Source: an uncultured Gemmatimonadales bacterium
GTDB lineage: Bacteria > Gemmatimonadota > Gemmatimonadetes > Gemmatimonadales > Gemmatimonadaceae
Assembly (NCBI GenBank): GCA_963793305.1
Contig: CAWBZV010000003.1
Coordinates: forward strand, 96,001-160,000
DNA: 64,000 nt
Reading direction: 5' to 3'
Part shown: positions 50,758 to 61,704 of the stretch, piece by piece
Layout: every line of letters begins with the position of its first letter
How positions within the stretch are numbered: the first letter of the stretch is position 1
Notes under the pieces: generated by a model
The model's database searches: none
What the model was told of the DNA's origin: nothing
What the model saw: the letters and a program-made list of their open reading frames with translations, nothing else
Position numbers and translations under genes: made by a program

Positions 50758-51956
50758 ATGCGCTCATCCCTCGCGTTCCTGCTCATTCTCGCGCCGGCAC
50801 TCGCGGCGCAGTCGCCCAAACCACGCGCCCGTGACCTCGGCGTGCCATTCGACGGCACGCCAGGTCCGCTCAACGCGATCACTGACGTCGCGGGCGTCAC
50901 CGTCGGTCAGGTGACATTGATCCATGGCGAGGGAAAGCTCGTACGCGGCGAAGGCCCCGTGCGAACCGGCGTGACGGCGATCTTCCCCCGGGGTAACCAC
51001 GCGGCCGATCCCGTGTTCGGCGGCTGGTTCACGCTGAACGGCAATGGCGAGAATGACGGGAACGACGTGGTTGGAGGAGAACGGATTTCTGCGCGGTCCC
51101 GTGGTCATCTCGAACACGATCAGCGTTGGGACCGTCCATGATGCCGTCATCGCGTGGCAAATAAAAAACGTTCCCGACGCGGACTGGTCATTGCCGTTCG
51201 TCGCCGAAACGTGGGATGGTGGTCTCAATGACATCTACGGCTTTCACGTCCATCAACAAGAACGTCTTCGATGCGATGGATCGCGCAACCGGTGGGCCCG
51301 TTGCCGAAGGCGGCGTGGGCGGCGGGACCGGAATGATCTGCCACGAGTTCAAGGGTGGCATCGGCACGGCCTCGCGCAAACTGTCCGTGAAAGACGGCGG
51401 CTACACGCTCGGCGTTCTCGTGCAATGCAACTATGGACTGCGCCGCCGACTGACGATTGCGGGTGTGCCCGTTGGACGAGAGATCCCTGAACCACTCCCG
51501 TGTTTCGCGGGGCACTGGCAATATCCGCCGCGTCAAGAATACCGCACGTGCGATAAGCCGGGTGTCGCACGCGATGGCGACCAGGGATCCATTATCGTCG
51601 TTGTCGCCACTGACGCACCGCTCTTGCCGCATCAGCTCAAGCGCATCGCCAAACGCGTGTCGCTCGGCATCGGTCGCACCGGCGGCTTGGGCGGCGACTC
51701 GTCCGGCGACATCTACATCGCGTTTTCAACGGCGAACCCTGATGCGGCTGACCCAAAGAACCTTCGCGCGTTGACGATGCTCCCGAATGAGCGCATCGAT
51801 CATCTGTTCGAAGCAACAGTCGAGGCGACGCACGAGGCCATCGTGAATGCCATGGTCGCGGCCGAGACGACGGTCGGCGCGGACTCGTTGCGCGTGCCGG
51901 CACTGCCACACGATCGCCTCCGCGCCGCGCTCGCCAAGTACAATCGCCTGCACTAG
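50758..51956 (+). CDS. dmpA: P1/S58-family (DmpA-like) aminopeptidase; frameshifts near 51052 and 51261
   Basis: RARDLG, NAITDVAGV, NGNGE(M)TG, GGGTGM, KGGIGTASR and the GSIIVV autoprocessing site. Confidence 0.88.
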
Positions 51957-51965
51957 GTTGGGCAT

Positions 51966-53186
51966 GTGGCCTCGCATGTCTTCTATCGCAAACTGCGCCG
52001 AACATACCCTCATATAGTTCGGGGTCAGGGTTGCTGGCTGGAAGACACCGAGGGTCGTCACTACCTGGACGGCTCGGGTGGCGCGTTCGTCGTGAACATC
52101 GGTCACGGCGTGTCCGAGATCGGCGAGGCGATGGCCGCACAAGCCGCGCGAGTCGGATACGTGAACGGCACGATGTTCACGCACGACCCCGTCGAGCAAT
52201 TGGCTGAGGAAGTCGCGCGCCGATCGCATCTCGACTACGTCTATTTCCTCGGCAGCGGCTCGGAAGCCGTCGAGGCGGCGCTCAAACTCGCGCGCCAATA
52301 CTGGGTCGAGCGTGGGCAACTTACAAAGCACAAGATCCTGGCGCTCACGCCGAGCTATCACGGCAACACGCTGCTCGCGCTCTCGGCCTCCGCGCGGGAG
52401 CACTACAAAACACTCTATAGCGACTGGCTCGTGCCGATCGCGCGTGTGCCCGCGCCGTATCCGTATCGCGAGCCACCGCGTGCATCGGCCCTCGAAGACG
52501 TGATCACGAGCGAGGGCGCCGAGAGCGTCGCGGCGTTCATCGCCGAACCGGTCGGCGGCTCGTCGACCGGCGCCTCGGTGCCGCCACCTGACTATTGGCG
52601 CCAGATTCGCGAGATCTGTGACCGGCACGACGTGCTGTTCATCGCCGACGAAGTACTCACCGGCGTCGGCCGCACGGGGACCTGGTCAGCGCTCGAGCCC
52701 TACGGTGTCGCGCCCGACATCATGACGCTCGGGAAAGGACTCGGTGGCGGATACGCACCCATCTCAGCCATCGCCGTCTCGCGCGAGATCGTCAATGTCA
52801 TCCGCAATGGCAGCGGGGCGTTTCAGCACGCGCAGACGTTCTCGCACCATCCCGTGTTGTGCGCGGGAGGGCTCGCCACGCTGCGCTATCTGGATGAGCA
52901 CGACCTGCTCGCGCGAGTGTCACGCATAGCCCCCCGGTTCCACGAGGCGCTTGGCACACTTCGCGGGATGCCACACGTCGCCGATGTACGTGGACGAGGG
53001 CTCCTTGCTGGAGTTGAGCTCGCGGGCAATGACGCCGAGCGCTTCGCTCAGGCTGCCCTCGACGCGGGGCTCGTCGTATGGCCCAATGTCAACATCGTGA
53101 TGCTGGCCCCACCGTTCATTATCACTGAAGAAGAGATCGACGTGCTCATCACTCGCTTTCGCACCGCATTATGTCGACTACAGTAG
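51966..53186 (+). CDS. Class III PLP aminotransferase
   Basis: SGSEAVEAA, SYHGNT, DEVLTGVGRTG and TLGKG. Confidence 0.92.
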   Translation: MASHVFYRKLRRTYPHIVRGQGCWLEDTEGRHYLDGSGGAFVVNIGHGVSEIGEAMAAQAARVGYVNGTMFTHDPVEQLAEEVARRSHLDYVYFLGSGSEAVEAALKLARQYWVERGQLTKHKILALTPSYHGNTLLALSASAREHYKTLYSDWLVPIARVPAPYPYREPPRASALEDVITSEGAESVAAFIAEPVGGSSTGASVPPPDYWRQIREICDRHDVLFIADEVLTGVGRTGTWSALEPYGVAPDIMTLGKGLGGGYAPISAIAVSREIVNVIRNGSGAFQHAQTFSHHPVLCAGGLATLRYLDEHDLLARVSRIAPRFHEALGTLRGMPHVADVRGRGLLAGVELAGNDAERFAQAALDAGLVVWPNVNIVMLAPPFIITEEEIDVLITRFRTALCRLQ

Positions 53187-54748
53187 CACCCCAAAAAATC
53201 ACGTATACGTCGACCAACGTCGACCTCGATGCCTTCCATCGGCGCTTCGACGAGGCCTTGGCGCACGTGCGGGCCGAGGTCGGTCGCACCTACCCACTGT
53301 ACATCGGCGGCGTAGCGATCCAGCCCGACCGCCCGACGTTCGCCGACACGTCGCCGATCGACACGCATATCGTGCTCGGCGCGTTCGCGTCAGCGACGCG
53401 CGAGCACGTCGACGCCGCCATCACGTCCGCGCGGCGTGCGCAACGGGATTGGGCCCGATTGCCGTGGCAAGAGCGCGTCGCCGTCATGCACCGCGCCGCG
53501 GAGCTCATCCGCGAGCGAAAGTTCGAGCTCGCCGCCACGATGGCGATCGAGGTCGGCAAGAGTCGCTTCGAGTCGATGGGCGATGCGGAAGAATCGGCCG
53601 ATCTCATCGACTATTACTGTGGCCAGGTCGAAGACGCCAATGGGTTCGTGCGCCGCATGGCGAGCCTGACACCGATCGAGCGCAACACCGACATGCTGCG
53701 CCCCTACGGAGTGTTCGCCTGCATCGCGCCTTTCAACTTCCCGCTCGCGCTCTCGGCCGGCATGTCCGGCGCCGCACTGGTCGCCGGTAACGCCGTCGTG
53801 TACAAGCCCGCCGAGGACACGCCATGGACGGGATTGCGCTTGTACGAGGTCTATCGCGACGCGGGCGTGCCCGCTGGGGTGTTCAACTTCCTCACGGGTC
53901 ACCGCGACGACATCGGTGACGCGTTGTGGCAGCATCCGTGGATCGATGGCGTCGTCTTCACGGGATCGAAGGCCGTGGGCCTCCGCATCCACGCCGGTCT
54001 GTCGCAGCGCTGGATCAAGCCCGCGCTCTTGGAGCTCGGCGGGAAGAACGCCACGATCGTCACCGCCACGGCGGATATCGATGCGGCCGCCGAAGGGACG
54101 GTCCGCTCGGCGTTCGGGCTCTCGGGTCAGAAGTGTAGCGCCACCTCTCGCGTGTACGTCGATCGCTCGGTCGCCGACGCATATCTCGGCGCCGTCGTGG
54201 CGAAGACCGCGGCGCTGCGCGTTGGCGATCCGACCGAGCGCGATGTGTTCGTCGGTCCAGTGATCAACGAGCGCGCGGTCTCGCGATTCGAGCGAGCGGT
54301 GGCCCAGGCGGCCCGGGAAGGGACGATCCTCGCTGGCGGCGGGCGCCTGCGCGAGGGTGTATTTTCACACGGGCATTTCGTGGCGCCCACGGTCGCTCGA
54401 CTGCCGGTCGAGAGCACGCTCTTTCTCGAAGAGTTGTTCGTGCCGTTTCTCGCGGTTGGCGTCGTCTCGGGGCTTGCCGAGGCCATCGCGGAAACGAACA
54501 AGGCCGAGTACGGGCTCACCGCGGGCATCTTTTCGCGCACGGCGGCCGAGGTCGAGCGTTTCTTCGACGAGGTCGAAGCGGGTGTGTGCTACGCCAACAA
54601 GCGCACGGGCGCGACGACCGGCGCGTGGCCCGGTGCTCAGGCGTTCTGTGGCTGGAAAGGCTCGGGTTCGACGGGCAAAGGCGGCTGCGGTCCATACTAC
54701 GTCGCGCAATTTTTGCGAGAGCAAAGCCGGACGGTAATCGAAGAATGA
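53171..54748 (+). CDS. Aldehyde dehydrogenase (P5C-dehydrogenase-like)
   Basis: APFNFP, FTGS, ELGGKN, GQKCSA and EELF. Confidence 0.92.
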   Translation: MSTTVAPQKITYTSTNVDLDAFHRRFDEALAHVRAEVGRTYPLYIGGVAIQPDRPTFADTSPIDTHIVLGAFASATREHVDAAITSARRAQRDWARLPWQERVAVMHRAAELIRERKFELAATMAIEVGKSRFESMGDAEESADLIDYYCGQVEDANGFVRRMASLTPIERNTDMLRPYGVFACIAPFNFPLALSAGMSGAALVAGNAVVYKPAEDTPWTGLRLYEVYRDAGVPAGVFNFLTGHRDDIGDALWQHPWIDGVVFTGSKAVGLRIHAGLSQRWIKPALLELGGKNATIVTATADIDAAAEGTVRSAFGLSGQKCSATSRVYVDRSVADAYLGAVVAKTAALRVGDPTERDVFVGPVINERAVSRFERAVAQAAREGTILAGGGRLREGVFSHGHFVAPTVARLPVESTLFLEELFVPFLAVGVVSGLAEAIAETNKAEYGLTAGIFSRTAAEVERFFDEVEAGVCYANKRTGATTGAWPGAQAFCGWKGSGSTGKGGCGPYYVAQFLREQSRTVIEE

Positions 54749-56076
54749 CCACACGCGAATATCCACGTATCGTAGTCCCGCCACCGGGCCCGAAGGCACG
54801 AGACATAGTCGCCCGCGACAGCGCTTGGGCCTCCACCTCATACATCAAAGAGTACCCGCTGGCGATCGCCGGCGGCCGCGGTGTGATGATCGAAGATGTC
54901 GACGGCAATAAGTATCTCGACCTGATGGCGGGCATTGCCGTCGCGTCGACGGGCTATGGCCACCCGGAAGTGATCAGCGCGATCAAGACCGCGGCCGAGA
55001 AGTTCTTGCATATCTGCGGCAGCGATTTCTACTACGAAGGGATGGCCGCGGTCTGTGAACGGCTGGCGAAGATCGCGCCGGGGACGAGCAGGAAGCGCGT
55101 CTTCCTCACGAATTCAGGGACAGAAGCCGTCGAGGGCGCGATCAAACTCGCACGCCATTCGACGCGCCGCACGGGCCTCATCTCATTCAAGGGCGCATTC
55201 CACGGTCGCACCTACGGCGCGATGTCCTTGACGTCGAGCAAGGCCAAGCAGCACGCTGGATTTACACCGCTCCTGCCCGAGGTCTACCACATCCCGTTCG
55301 GGTACTGCTACCGCTGTGACTTCAGCAAGCAGTTCCCGTCGTGCGAGTTGTTCTGCGTCTCGTCGATCGAAAAGGACCTCTTCGCCCGCGATCTCGACCC
55401 ACAGGATGTCGCCGCGATCTTCGTGGAGCCGGTGCAGGGGGAGGGCGGGTACGTCGTGCCGCCTCCCGGGTATCTCAAAGCGCTGCGCGATCTCTGCGAC
55501 AGGCACGGCATCCTGCTCGTGTTCGACGAGATCCAGTCGGGGATCGGGCGCACGGGCAAGATGTGGGCGGCCGAGCACGCAGGGGTCGAGCCGGACATTT
55601 TGCTGACGGCTAAGGGGTTGGCGTCGGGTATGCCCCTCGGCGCCATTATCGCGAAAGAGTCGATCATGCATTGGGGCACGGGGTCGCATGGGTCGACATT
55701 CGGCGGCAACCCGGTGTGCTGCGCGGCCGCGCTGGCCACGCTCAACGTCGTCGAGCGCGAGCTTGTCGCCAATGCCGCCGTCATGGGTGAGCGGCTCTTA
55801 GCCGGCGTGCGGGAGCTCGCCACGCGGCACGAAGTGATCGGCGATGTCCGCGGGCTCGGGCTCATGATCGGTGTCGAGTTCGTGAAAGACCGGAAAACTC
55901 GGGAGCCGCATCCGAACGCGGTCCGTGATCTCGTGAACGACGCGTTCGCGAAAGGGTTGTTGTTGCTGGGGTGCGGCAAGAGCACCCTGCGGCTTGCCCC
56001 GCCTCTGGTGATCGATGCACAGGACGTCGACACCGGTCTCGCGATGATCGACGAGTGTCTGGCCGGCCGAAAGTGA
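54745..56076 (+). CDS. Class III aminotransferase (GabT/ArgD-like)
   Basis: NSGTEAVEG, AFHGRT, EPVQGEGG, DEIQSG and TAKG; ATGA overlap. Confidence 0.92.
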   Translation: MTTREYPRIVVPPPGPKARDIVARDSAWASTSYIKEYPLAIAGGRGVMIEDVDGNKYLDLMAGIAVASTGYGHPEVISAIKTAAEKFLHICGSDFYYEGMAAVCERLAKIAPGTSRKRVFLTNSGTEAVEGAIKLARHSTRRTGLISFKGAFHGRTYGAMSLTSSKAKQHAGFTPLLPEVYHIPFGYCYRCDFSKQFPSCELFCVSSIEKDLFARDLDPQDVAAIFVEPVQGEGGYVVPPPGYLKALRDLCDRHGILLVFDEIQSGIGRTGKMWAAEHAGVEPDILLTAKGLASGMPLGAIIAKESIMHWGTGSHGSTFGGNPVCCAAALATLNVVERELVANAAVMGERLLAGVRELATRHEVIGDVRGLGLMIGVEFVKDRKTREPHPNAVRDLVNDAFAKGLLLLGCGKSTLRLAPPLVIDAQDVDTGLAMIDECLAGRK

Positions 56077-56981
56077 TCGAATCGAAGGTGATGTCGATGC
56101 ACGATGCGATCGCCGCGTTCGTGCACGATGGCGACACAGTGGTTATCGAGGGGTTCACACATCTCATCTGCTTCGCGGCAGGCCACGAAATTATTCGCCA
56201 AGGCCGCCGCGACCTGACGCTGTGCCGGTTAACGCCAGATCTCATCTACGACCAGATGATCGCGGCGGGTTGCGCGAAGAAGCTGGTCTTCTCCTGGGCC
56301 GGCAACCCCGGCGCGGGCTCCCTGTTCGCCTTTCGCCGCGCGGTAGAGGGCAAGAACCCCTCGCTCGCCATCGAAGAATATTCCCACTTCGGGATGGTCG
56401 CGCGCTTCTCAGCCGGCGCGGCGCGTCTCCCGTTCTGGCCCCTGCGAGATTACGCCGGAACAGATCTCCCGCACGTCAATCCCAATATTCGCTCGGTCAC
56501 GTGCCCGTACACGGGCGAGACATTGGCCACAGTCCCAGCGCTCAATCCTGACGTGACCATCGTGCACGCACAGCGTGCCGATGCTCAGGGCAACGCGCAG
56601 ATCTGGGGACTCGTGGGCGTACAAAAAGAAGCCGCGTTCGCCTCACGCCACGTGATCGTGGTCGTCGAGGAGCTCGTCGACGAGTCCGTGGTGCGGGCTG
56701 ATCCTAACAGAACTGCGGTGCCGGGGATGATCGTCGACGCCGTCGTCGTCGAACCCTGGGGCGCGCATCCGTCGTACGCCCAAGGCCATTACGACCGCGA
56801 CAACGCGTTCTACGTCAACTGGGAGGCGATCTCCCGCGATGCCGCCCAGCTCGCGCGCTACCTCGACGAGTTCGTCTACGGCGTGCGCGACCGCGCGTCG
56901 TACCTGGCCGCGCATCCCGGTCTCCAAGACCGGTTGCGCGCGACGTCACGGATCGCGGCCGGCGTGAACTATGGGTTCTGA
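56073..56981 (+). CDS. Family I CoA-transferase subunit A (glutaconate/3-oxoadipate type)
   Basis: EGFTHLI..AAGHEIIRQ, PDLIYD, HAQRAD..GN and GAHPS. Confidence 0.88.
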   Translation: MIESKVMSMHDAIAAFVHDGDTVVIEGFTHLICFAAGHEIIRQGRRDLTLCRLTPDLIYDQMIAAGCAKKLVFSWAGNPGAGSLFAFRRAVEGKNPSLAIEEYSHFGMVARFSAGAARLPFWPLRDYAGTDLPHVNPNIRSVTCPYTGETLATVPALNPDVTIVHAQRADAQGNAQIWGLVGVQKEAAFASRHVIVVVEELVDESVVRADPNRTAVPGMIVDAVVVEPWGAHPSYAQGHYDRDNAFYVNWEAISRDAAQLARYLDEFVYGVRDRASYLAAHPGLQDRLRATSRIAAGVNYGF

Positions 56982-57738
56982 GTACACGCCGAACGAGATC
57001 ATGGCGGTGACGGCCGCTCGCGCGCTCGCCAACGGCGACGTTGTGTTCGTTGGCATTGGCTTGCCGAACCTGGCCTGCAATCTCGCGCGGGCCACGCACG
57101 CGCCGGATCTCGTGCTCATCTATGAGTCGGGCGCGGTTGGCGCAGTGCCCGAGCGGCTGCCGGTCTCCATCGGCGACCCTGCCCTGGTCACTGGCTGTCT
57201 CATGGTCGCCAGCATGGCCGACGTCTTTCAGTACATGCTGCAGAATGGCCGCATCGGGGTTGGCTTCCTCGGAGCGGCGCAGATCGACCGGTGGGGGAAC
57301 ATCAACACGACGGTCATTGGCGACTACGCAACCCCTGCCGTTCGCCTGCCGGGCTCCGGCGGCGCGGCCGAGATCGCGGCGCACGCGCGGCGGACGATCG
57401 TGATCGCGAAGCTTGGGGCCCGCACCTTTCCGGCCGCGGTCGATTTCGTCACCAGTCCCGGTCAACGCTATCATGGCACTCGACGCTCGGCGCCATCGTT
57501 GCCTGGCGCCGGGCCAATCATCGTGATCACCGACATGGGCATTCTAGAAACCGACCCCGAGTCGGGCGAGCTGGAGCTGGCCGCGTTGTACCCCGGCGTG
57601 ACTGCCGAGTCGTTTTCTCGTGGCGTCGGGTGGCCGTTACGGGTACGCGCGTCGCTTCGCGACGTCGCGTCACCGACACCGCGAGAATTGGATCTCCTGC
57701 GCCATACTCTGGACCCTCATAAGTTGTTCCTAAAGTGA
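56971..57738 (+). CDS. Family I CoA-transferase subunit B
   Basis: FVGIGLP, IYESG (catalytic Glu), QIDRWGNINTT and RLPGSGG. Confidence 0.88.
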   Translation: MGSEYTPNEIMAVTAARALANGDVVFVGIGLPNLACNLARATHAPDLVLIYESGAVGAVPERLPVSIGDPALVTGCLMVASMADVFQYMLQNGRIGVGFLGAAQIDRWGNINTTVIGDYATPAVRLPGSGGAAEIAAHARRTIVIAKLGARTFPAAVDFVTSPGQRYHGTRRSAPSLPGAGPIIVITDMGILETDPESGELELAALYPGVTAESFSRGVGWPLRVRASLRDVASPTPRELDLLRHTLDPHKLFLK

Positions 57739-57797
57739 CGACCACTTATTACGCCGGAAATTGGACCCTCATAAGTTGTCCCTAAATTGACGACCAC
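57710..57797. repeat. Two 36-bp direct repeats (34/36 identical) separated by 16 bp
   Basis: tggaccctcataagttgttcctaaagtgacgaccac (57710-57745) and tggaccctcataagttgtccctaaattgacgaccac (57762-57797). Confidence 0.92.
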
Positions 57798-59199
57798 CAA
57801 TGTCACGGTGAGCGGCGAGCGAAGCGAGGCCGCTCCTGTGCTCCGTCGCACGATGTCGTTGCGCGACCTCGTGCTGTTCAACCTGGTAGCCGTGCTGAGC
57901 CTCCGCTGGCTCAACACCTCGGCGAAGTCGGGCCCGTCGTCACTCGTGCTATGGGGCTTGGCGGCCGTGCTGTTCTTCGTTCCCCAGGGCCTAGCCGTGG
58001 CCGAGCTCTCGGCGCGCTATCCGAAAGAGGGCGGGATCTACTTCTGGACCCGCCGTCGCTTCGGCGAAGGCCACGGATTCTTCTGCGGCTGGTGCTACTG
58101 GGTCGTCAACATTCTGTACTACCCGAACCTGCTGACCGCCGCCGCCGTGATCGCGCTCTACGTCGTCGGCAAGGGCGACTCGGGCCTCGCGAGCAGTTGG
58201 TACTACGTGATGCCGGCCTGCACCCTCATGCTGTGGTTCGCGACCGCGCTCAACATCGTCGGCCTCGGCACCGGCAAGTGGCTGCAGAACGTGGGCGGCA
58301 TCGGCGCCTTTCTCGCTGGCGCGATTTTGCTCATAGTGGGAATCCACGCGGTCTTCACGCACCCGAGCGCGAACCCGATCACGCTGCATTCGATCGTGCC
58401 CAACTTCGGCTCGCTGTCCGAAGTCAACCTCTGGGCATCGATCGCCTTCGCCTTCTCGGGCCTCGAGCTCGCGGCGTCGCTGGGCGACGAGATCCATGAG
58501 CCCGCGCGCGCACTCCCGCGAGCCATCTATCTCTCAGCGCCCGTGATCGCCGGCCTGTATATCCTCGGCACCGTCTGCGTGCTGTGGGTCGTGCCGCTCA
58601 ACTCCATCAGCATTACGTCGGGCTTCTTGCAGGCGATCGAGAGCGCGGCCGGCCACTACTGGTGGCTCGCGCCACTGGCCGCCGCCGTCTTTACGATCGG
58701 CAACATCGGCGGCGCCGGCGCGTGGCTCGCCGGCCCGGCGCGTGTGGCGTTCGTGATCGGGCTCGACAAGTATTTCCCGCCGGCCTTCGGCCGCATCCAT
58801 CCCAAATGGGGTACACCCTACGTCGCGATCCTCGTGCAAGCGATCGCCGCCACCATCGTGCTACCCCTCGTGACCTTGGGCAAAGGCTCATCGGTCGAGC
58901 AGGTCTATCAGATCGTGCTCGATATGAACGTGCTCATCTACTTCATCCCCTTTATCTACCTGTTCTGCTGCCTTCTCTTCGAGGGCGACACGCCCGGCCC
59001 AACCGTCATCCCCGGCGGTCGCATCGGCCGCTACATCGCCGGCTCGGCGGGCCTCTTCGTGACTATCTTCGCGATCGTCGTCGCGGCAATCCCCCCGTCC
59101 GACCAGAGCCCTCTCTGGTTCGAGGCCAAGGTCCTCGGCGGCGTCGGCTTCTTCTACTTGGTCGGCTGGTTCTTCTACCGACACGGCAGACACTTGTGA
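57787..59199 (+). CDS. APC-superfamily amino acid/polyamine permease; start uncertain
   Basis: AELSARYPKEGGIYFW, FAFSGLE and HPKWGTP; about 12 hydrophobic segments. Confidence 0.92.
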   Translation: MTTTNVTVSGERSEAAPVLRRTMSLRDLVLFNLVAVLSLRWLNTSAKSGPSSLVLWGLAAVLFFVPQGLAVAELSARYPKEGGIYFWTRRRFGEGHGFFCGWCYWVVNILYYPNLLTAAAVIALYVVGKGDSGLASSWYYVMPACTLMLWFATALNIVGLGTGKWLQNVGGIGAFLAGAILLIVGIHAVFTHPSANPITLHSIVPNFGSLSEVNLWASIAFAFSGLELAASLGDEIHEPARALPRAIYLSAPVIAGLYILGTVCVLWVVPLNSISITSGFLQAIESAAGHYWWLAPLAAAVFTIGNIGGAGAWLAGPARVAFVIGLDKYFPPAFGRIHPKWGTPYVAILVQAIAATIVLPLVTLGKGSSVEQVYQIVLDMNVLIYFIPFIYLFCCLLFEGDTPGPTVIPGGRIGRYIAGSAGLFVTIFAIVVAAIPPSDQSPLWFEAKVLGGVGFFYLVGWFFYRHGRHL

Positions 59200-61704
59200 T
59201 TCGCTACTCGACCGCCGCGCTGATTCTGTTCGTGTCGGCAGCTGGCGCCCAGCGGCAGCCGGTGCTGAACCAGATCAAGCTCCCGCACGCCTACTACTAT
59301 CGCGAGATGTACCTGCCGCAGGTCACGAGCGGCCCGAGCGCGGTCGCGTGGTCGCCGGATGGCCAGAGCGTGATCTACTCGATGCAGGGCTCGCTGTGGC
59401 GGCAGAAGCTGGGCACAACGGATGCCGAGCAGCTGACGGTGGGTCCGGGATACGACTTCCAGCCGGACTGGTCGCCGGATGGCCGCACGGTGGTCTACAC
59501 GTCGTACCGGGGCGACGCCGAAGAGCTTCAGGTCTTGGATCTCGCGTCTGGCGAAGTCAAGGCGCTGACCTCGAACGGCGCCGTGAACGTCGAGCCTCGC
59601 TGGTCGCCGGATGGCAAGCAGATCGCCTTCGTGTCGACGCAGTACGAGGGACGCTTTCACATTTTCGTCTGGACAAAAGACAGCGTCCACCGCATCACCG
59701 AAGATCACGACAGCGGACTGCCCCGCTACTACTACAGCGTCTACGACCACTATCTCTCGCCCGCTTGGTCGAGCAATGGCAAGGAGATGCTGTGGATCTC
59801 GAACCGCGGCCACATCTACGGCACGGGCGGAATCTGGAGAGGCGGCCGCGAGATTCACTCTGAAGAGACGACATGGAAGACGCGCCCCGACTGGTCGCGC
59901 GATGGCCGCATCGTCTACAGCTCCTACCTCGGCGGTCAGTGGAACCAGTTGTGGCTGATGCCGGCCGACGGCTCCAATCCGTTTCAACTCACGTACGGCG
60001 ACTTCGACGCCACCGCGCCGCGCTGGTCGCCGGATGCCCGCCGGATTGCGTTCATCGCCAACGAGGGCGGCCCGTTGTCGCTCCGGATTGTCGACGTGCC
60101 GAGCGGCGCGATCACGATCGTTGCCGCGTCGCACCGCCACTATAAGAATCCGGTCGGCACCGTCCGCGTCTCGGTGCGCGATGCCACCGGCCAGCATTGG
60201 ATGACGGCCCGCGTCTCGGTGATCGGCGCCGGCGACCGGTCGTACGCGCCCGACGACGCGTGGCGCTACGCGGACGATGCGTTCGACCGCCATCGACGGA
60301 AACTCGAGATCGGCTACTTCGACACGCCCGGCGAATCCAATGTGACCGTGCCAGCCGAGAGCGTGACGGTCACCGTGAGCCGCGGCCTCGAGTATCGACC
60401 CATCACGCGCCGCGTCCTGGTACGCGCGAACGATACGACGCGCGTGACCGTCGGCCTTCCGCGTCTCGCGAACCTGCCGCCACTCGGCTGGTACAGCGGC
60501 GATCTGCACGTGCACATGAACTATGGCGGCACCTATCGCAACACGCCGTCGCATCTCGCCGACCAGGCGCGGGCCGAGGATGTGCACGTCATCGAGAGCT
60601 TGATCGTGAACAAAGAAGGACGGATGCCGGAACGTCAGCTACTTCGTGCCGGGCGGCAAGGTTGACCCGGCGTCCGACAACGAGACGCTCGTCGTGCACA
60701 GCCAGGAGTACCACACGAGCTACTGGGGCCACACCGGCCTGCTCGGATTGCGCACGCATCTCGTGCTACCAGGCTACGCGGCCTACGCTGGCACGGCGGC
60801 CGCGAGCCTGGTGCCGACGAACGCGGATGTCGCCACGATCGCGCGGGCCGAGGATCGTTCGGTGCTCGTCGGCTACGTGCATCCGTTCGACACGATTCCC
60901 AATCCCGCCAGCCACGCGGTGCCGTTGACCGACGAGCTGCCGGTCGATGCCGCGCTCGGCGGCGTCGATTACATGGAGATCGTCGGGTTCGCCGATCATC
61001 GGTCGACGGCCGAGGTCTGGTACAAGCTGCTCAACTGCGGATTTCGCATCCCGGCGGGCGCGGGCACGGACGCCATGGCCAACTTTGCGTCGTTGCGCGG
61101 CCCCGTCGGCCTCAATCGCGTGTTCGTGCACACGGGCACGTTCCTGTGGCACGGCGCGTGGCTCGACTCGCTGCGGGCCGGGCGCACGTTCGCGACCAAT
61201 GGGCCGTTGTTGACGTTGACGATCGCTGGTCACGAGATCGGCGATGAGATTCACGTCGCCGGTCCCACGACCCTCCACGTCCACGCCACGGTGTCATCGA
61301 TCGCCCCGGTCGATCACCTGGAGCTCGTGGGCGCGAGCGGCGTAGCGGCGAGCGCAACGTTGACCGGCGATCACACGACAGCGACGGCGGACTGGAGTGT
61401 CCCGGTTACGTCGAGCGGCTGGTACACGGTACGCGCCTACGCCGACAGCGCGTCAGACGTGATCATGGACACGTACCCGTTCGCCACGACGAGCCCGATC
61501 TACGTGACCGTCGGCAACCAACCGGTTCGCTCGCCGACTGACGCAGCCTATTTCGTGGCCTGGATCGACCGCCTCACCGAGGGCGTCCGCGCATTCACGG
61601 GCTGGAACGCGCCTGCCGAGCGTGACCACGTACTGGCTCAACTCGACTCGGCGCGCGCGGTGTACGTCAGTCGAAGTAACTCCCCCGCTCCAGATCGGCG
61701 ATAA
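59196..61704 (+). CDS. PD40/TolB-like propeller fused to a PHP-like (CehA/McbA-type) metallohydrolase; frameshift near 60631
   Basis: Repeated WSPDG motifs, then GDLHVH, QEYH...GH, YVHP, AGTD and FATNGP. Confidence 0.82.

Noticed and set aside
40148..51956. Programmed frameshifting or mass pseudogenisation
   Set aside because: No consistent slippery sites, catalytic motifs are intact, and the indel pattern is strand-biased, which fits sequencing error better.
54586..54744. N-terminal extensions on ORFs starting at 54586, 55971, 58584, 12569, 614 and 30988
   Set aside because: They overlap upstream genes; downstream starts near the previous stop or at the domain boundary fit better.
57710..57797. 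CRISPR mini-array (36-bp repeats)
   Set aside because: Only two copies, a 16-bp spacer, overlap with coding sequence, and no cas genes in the window.
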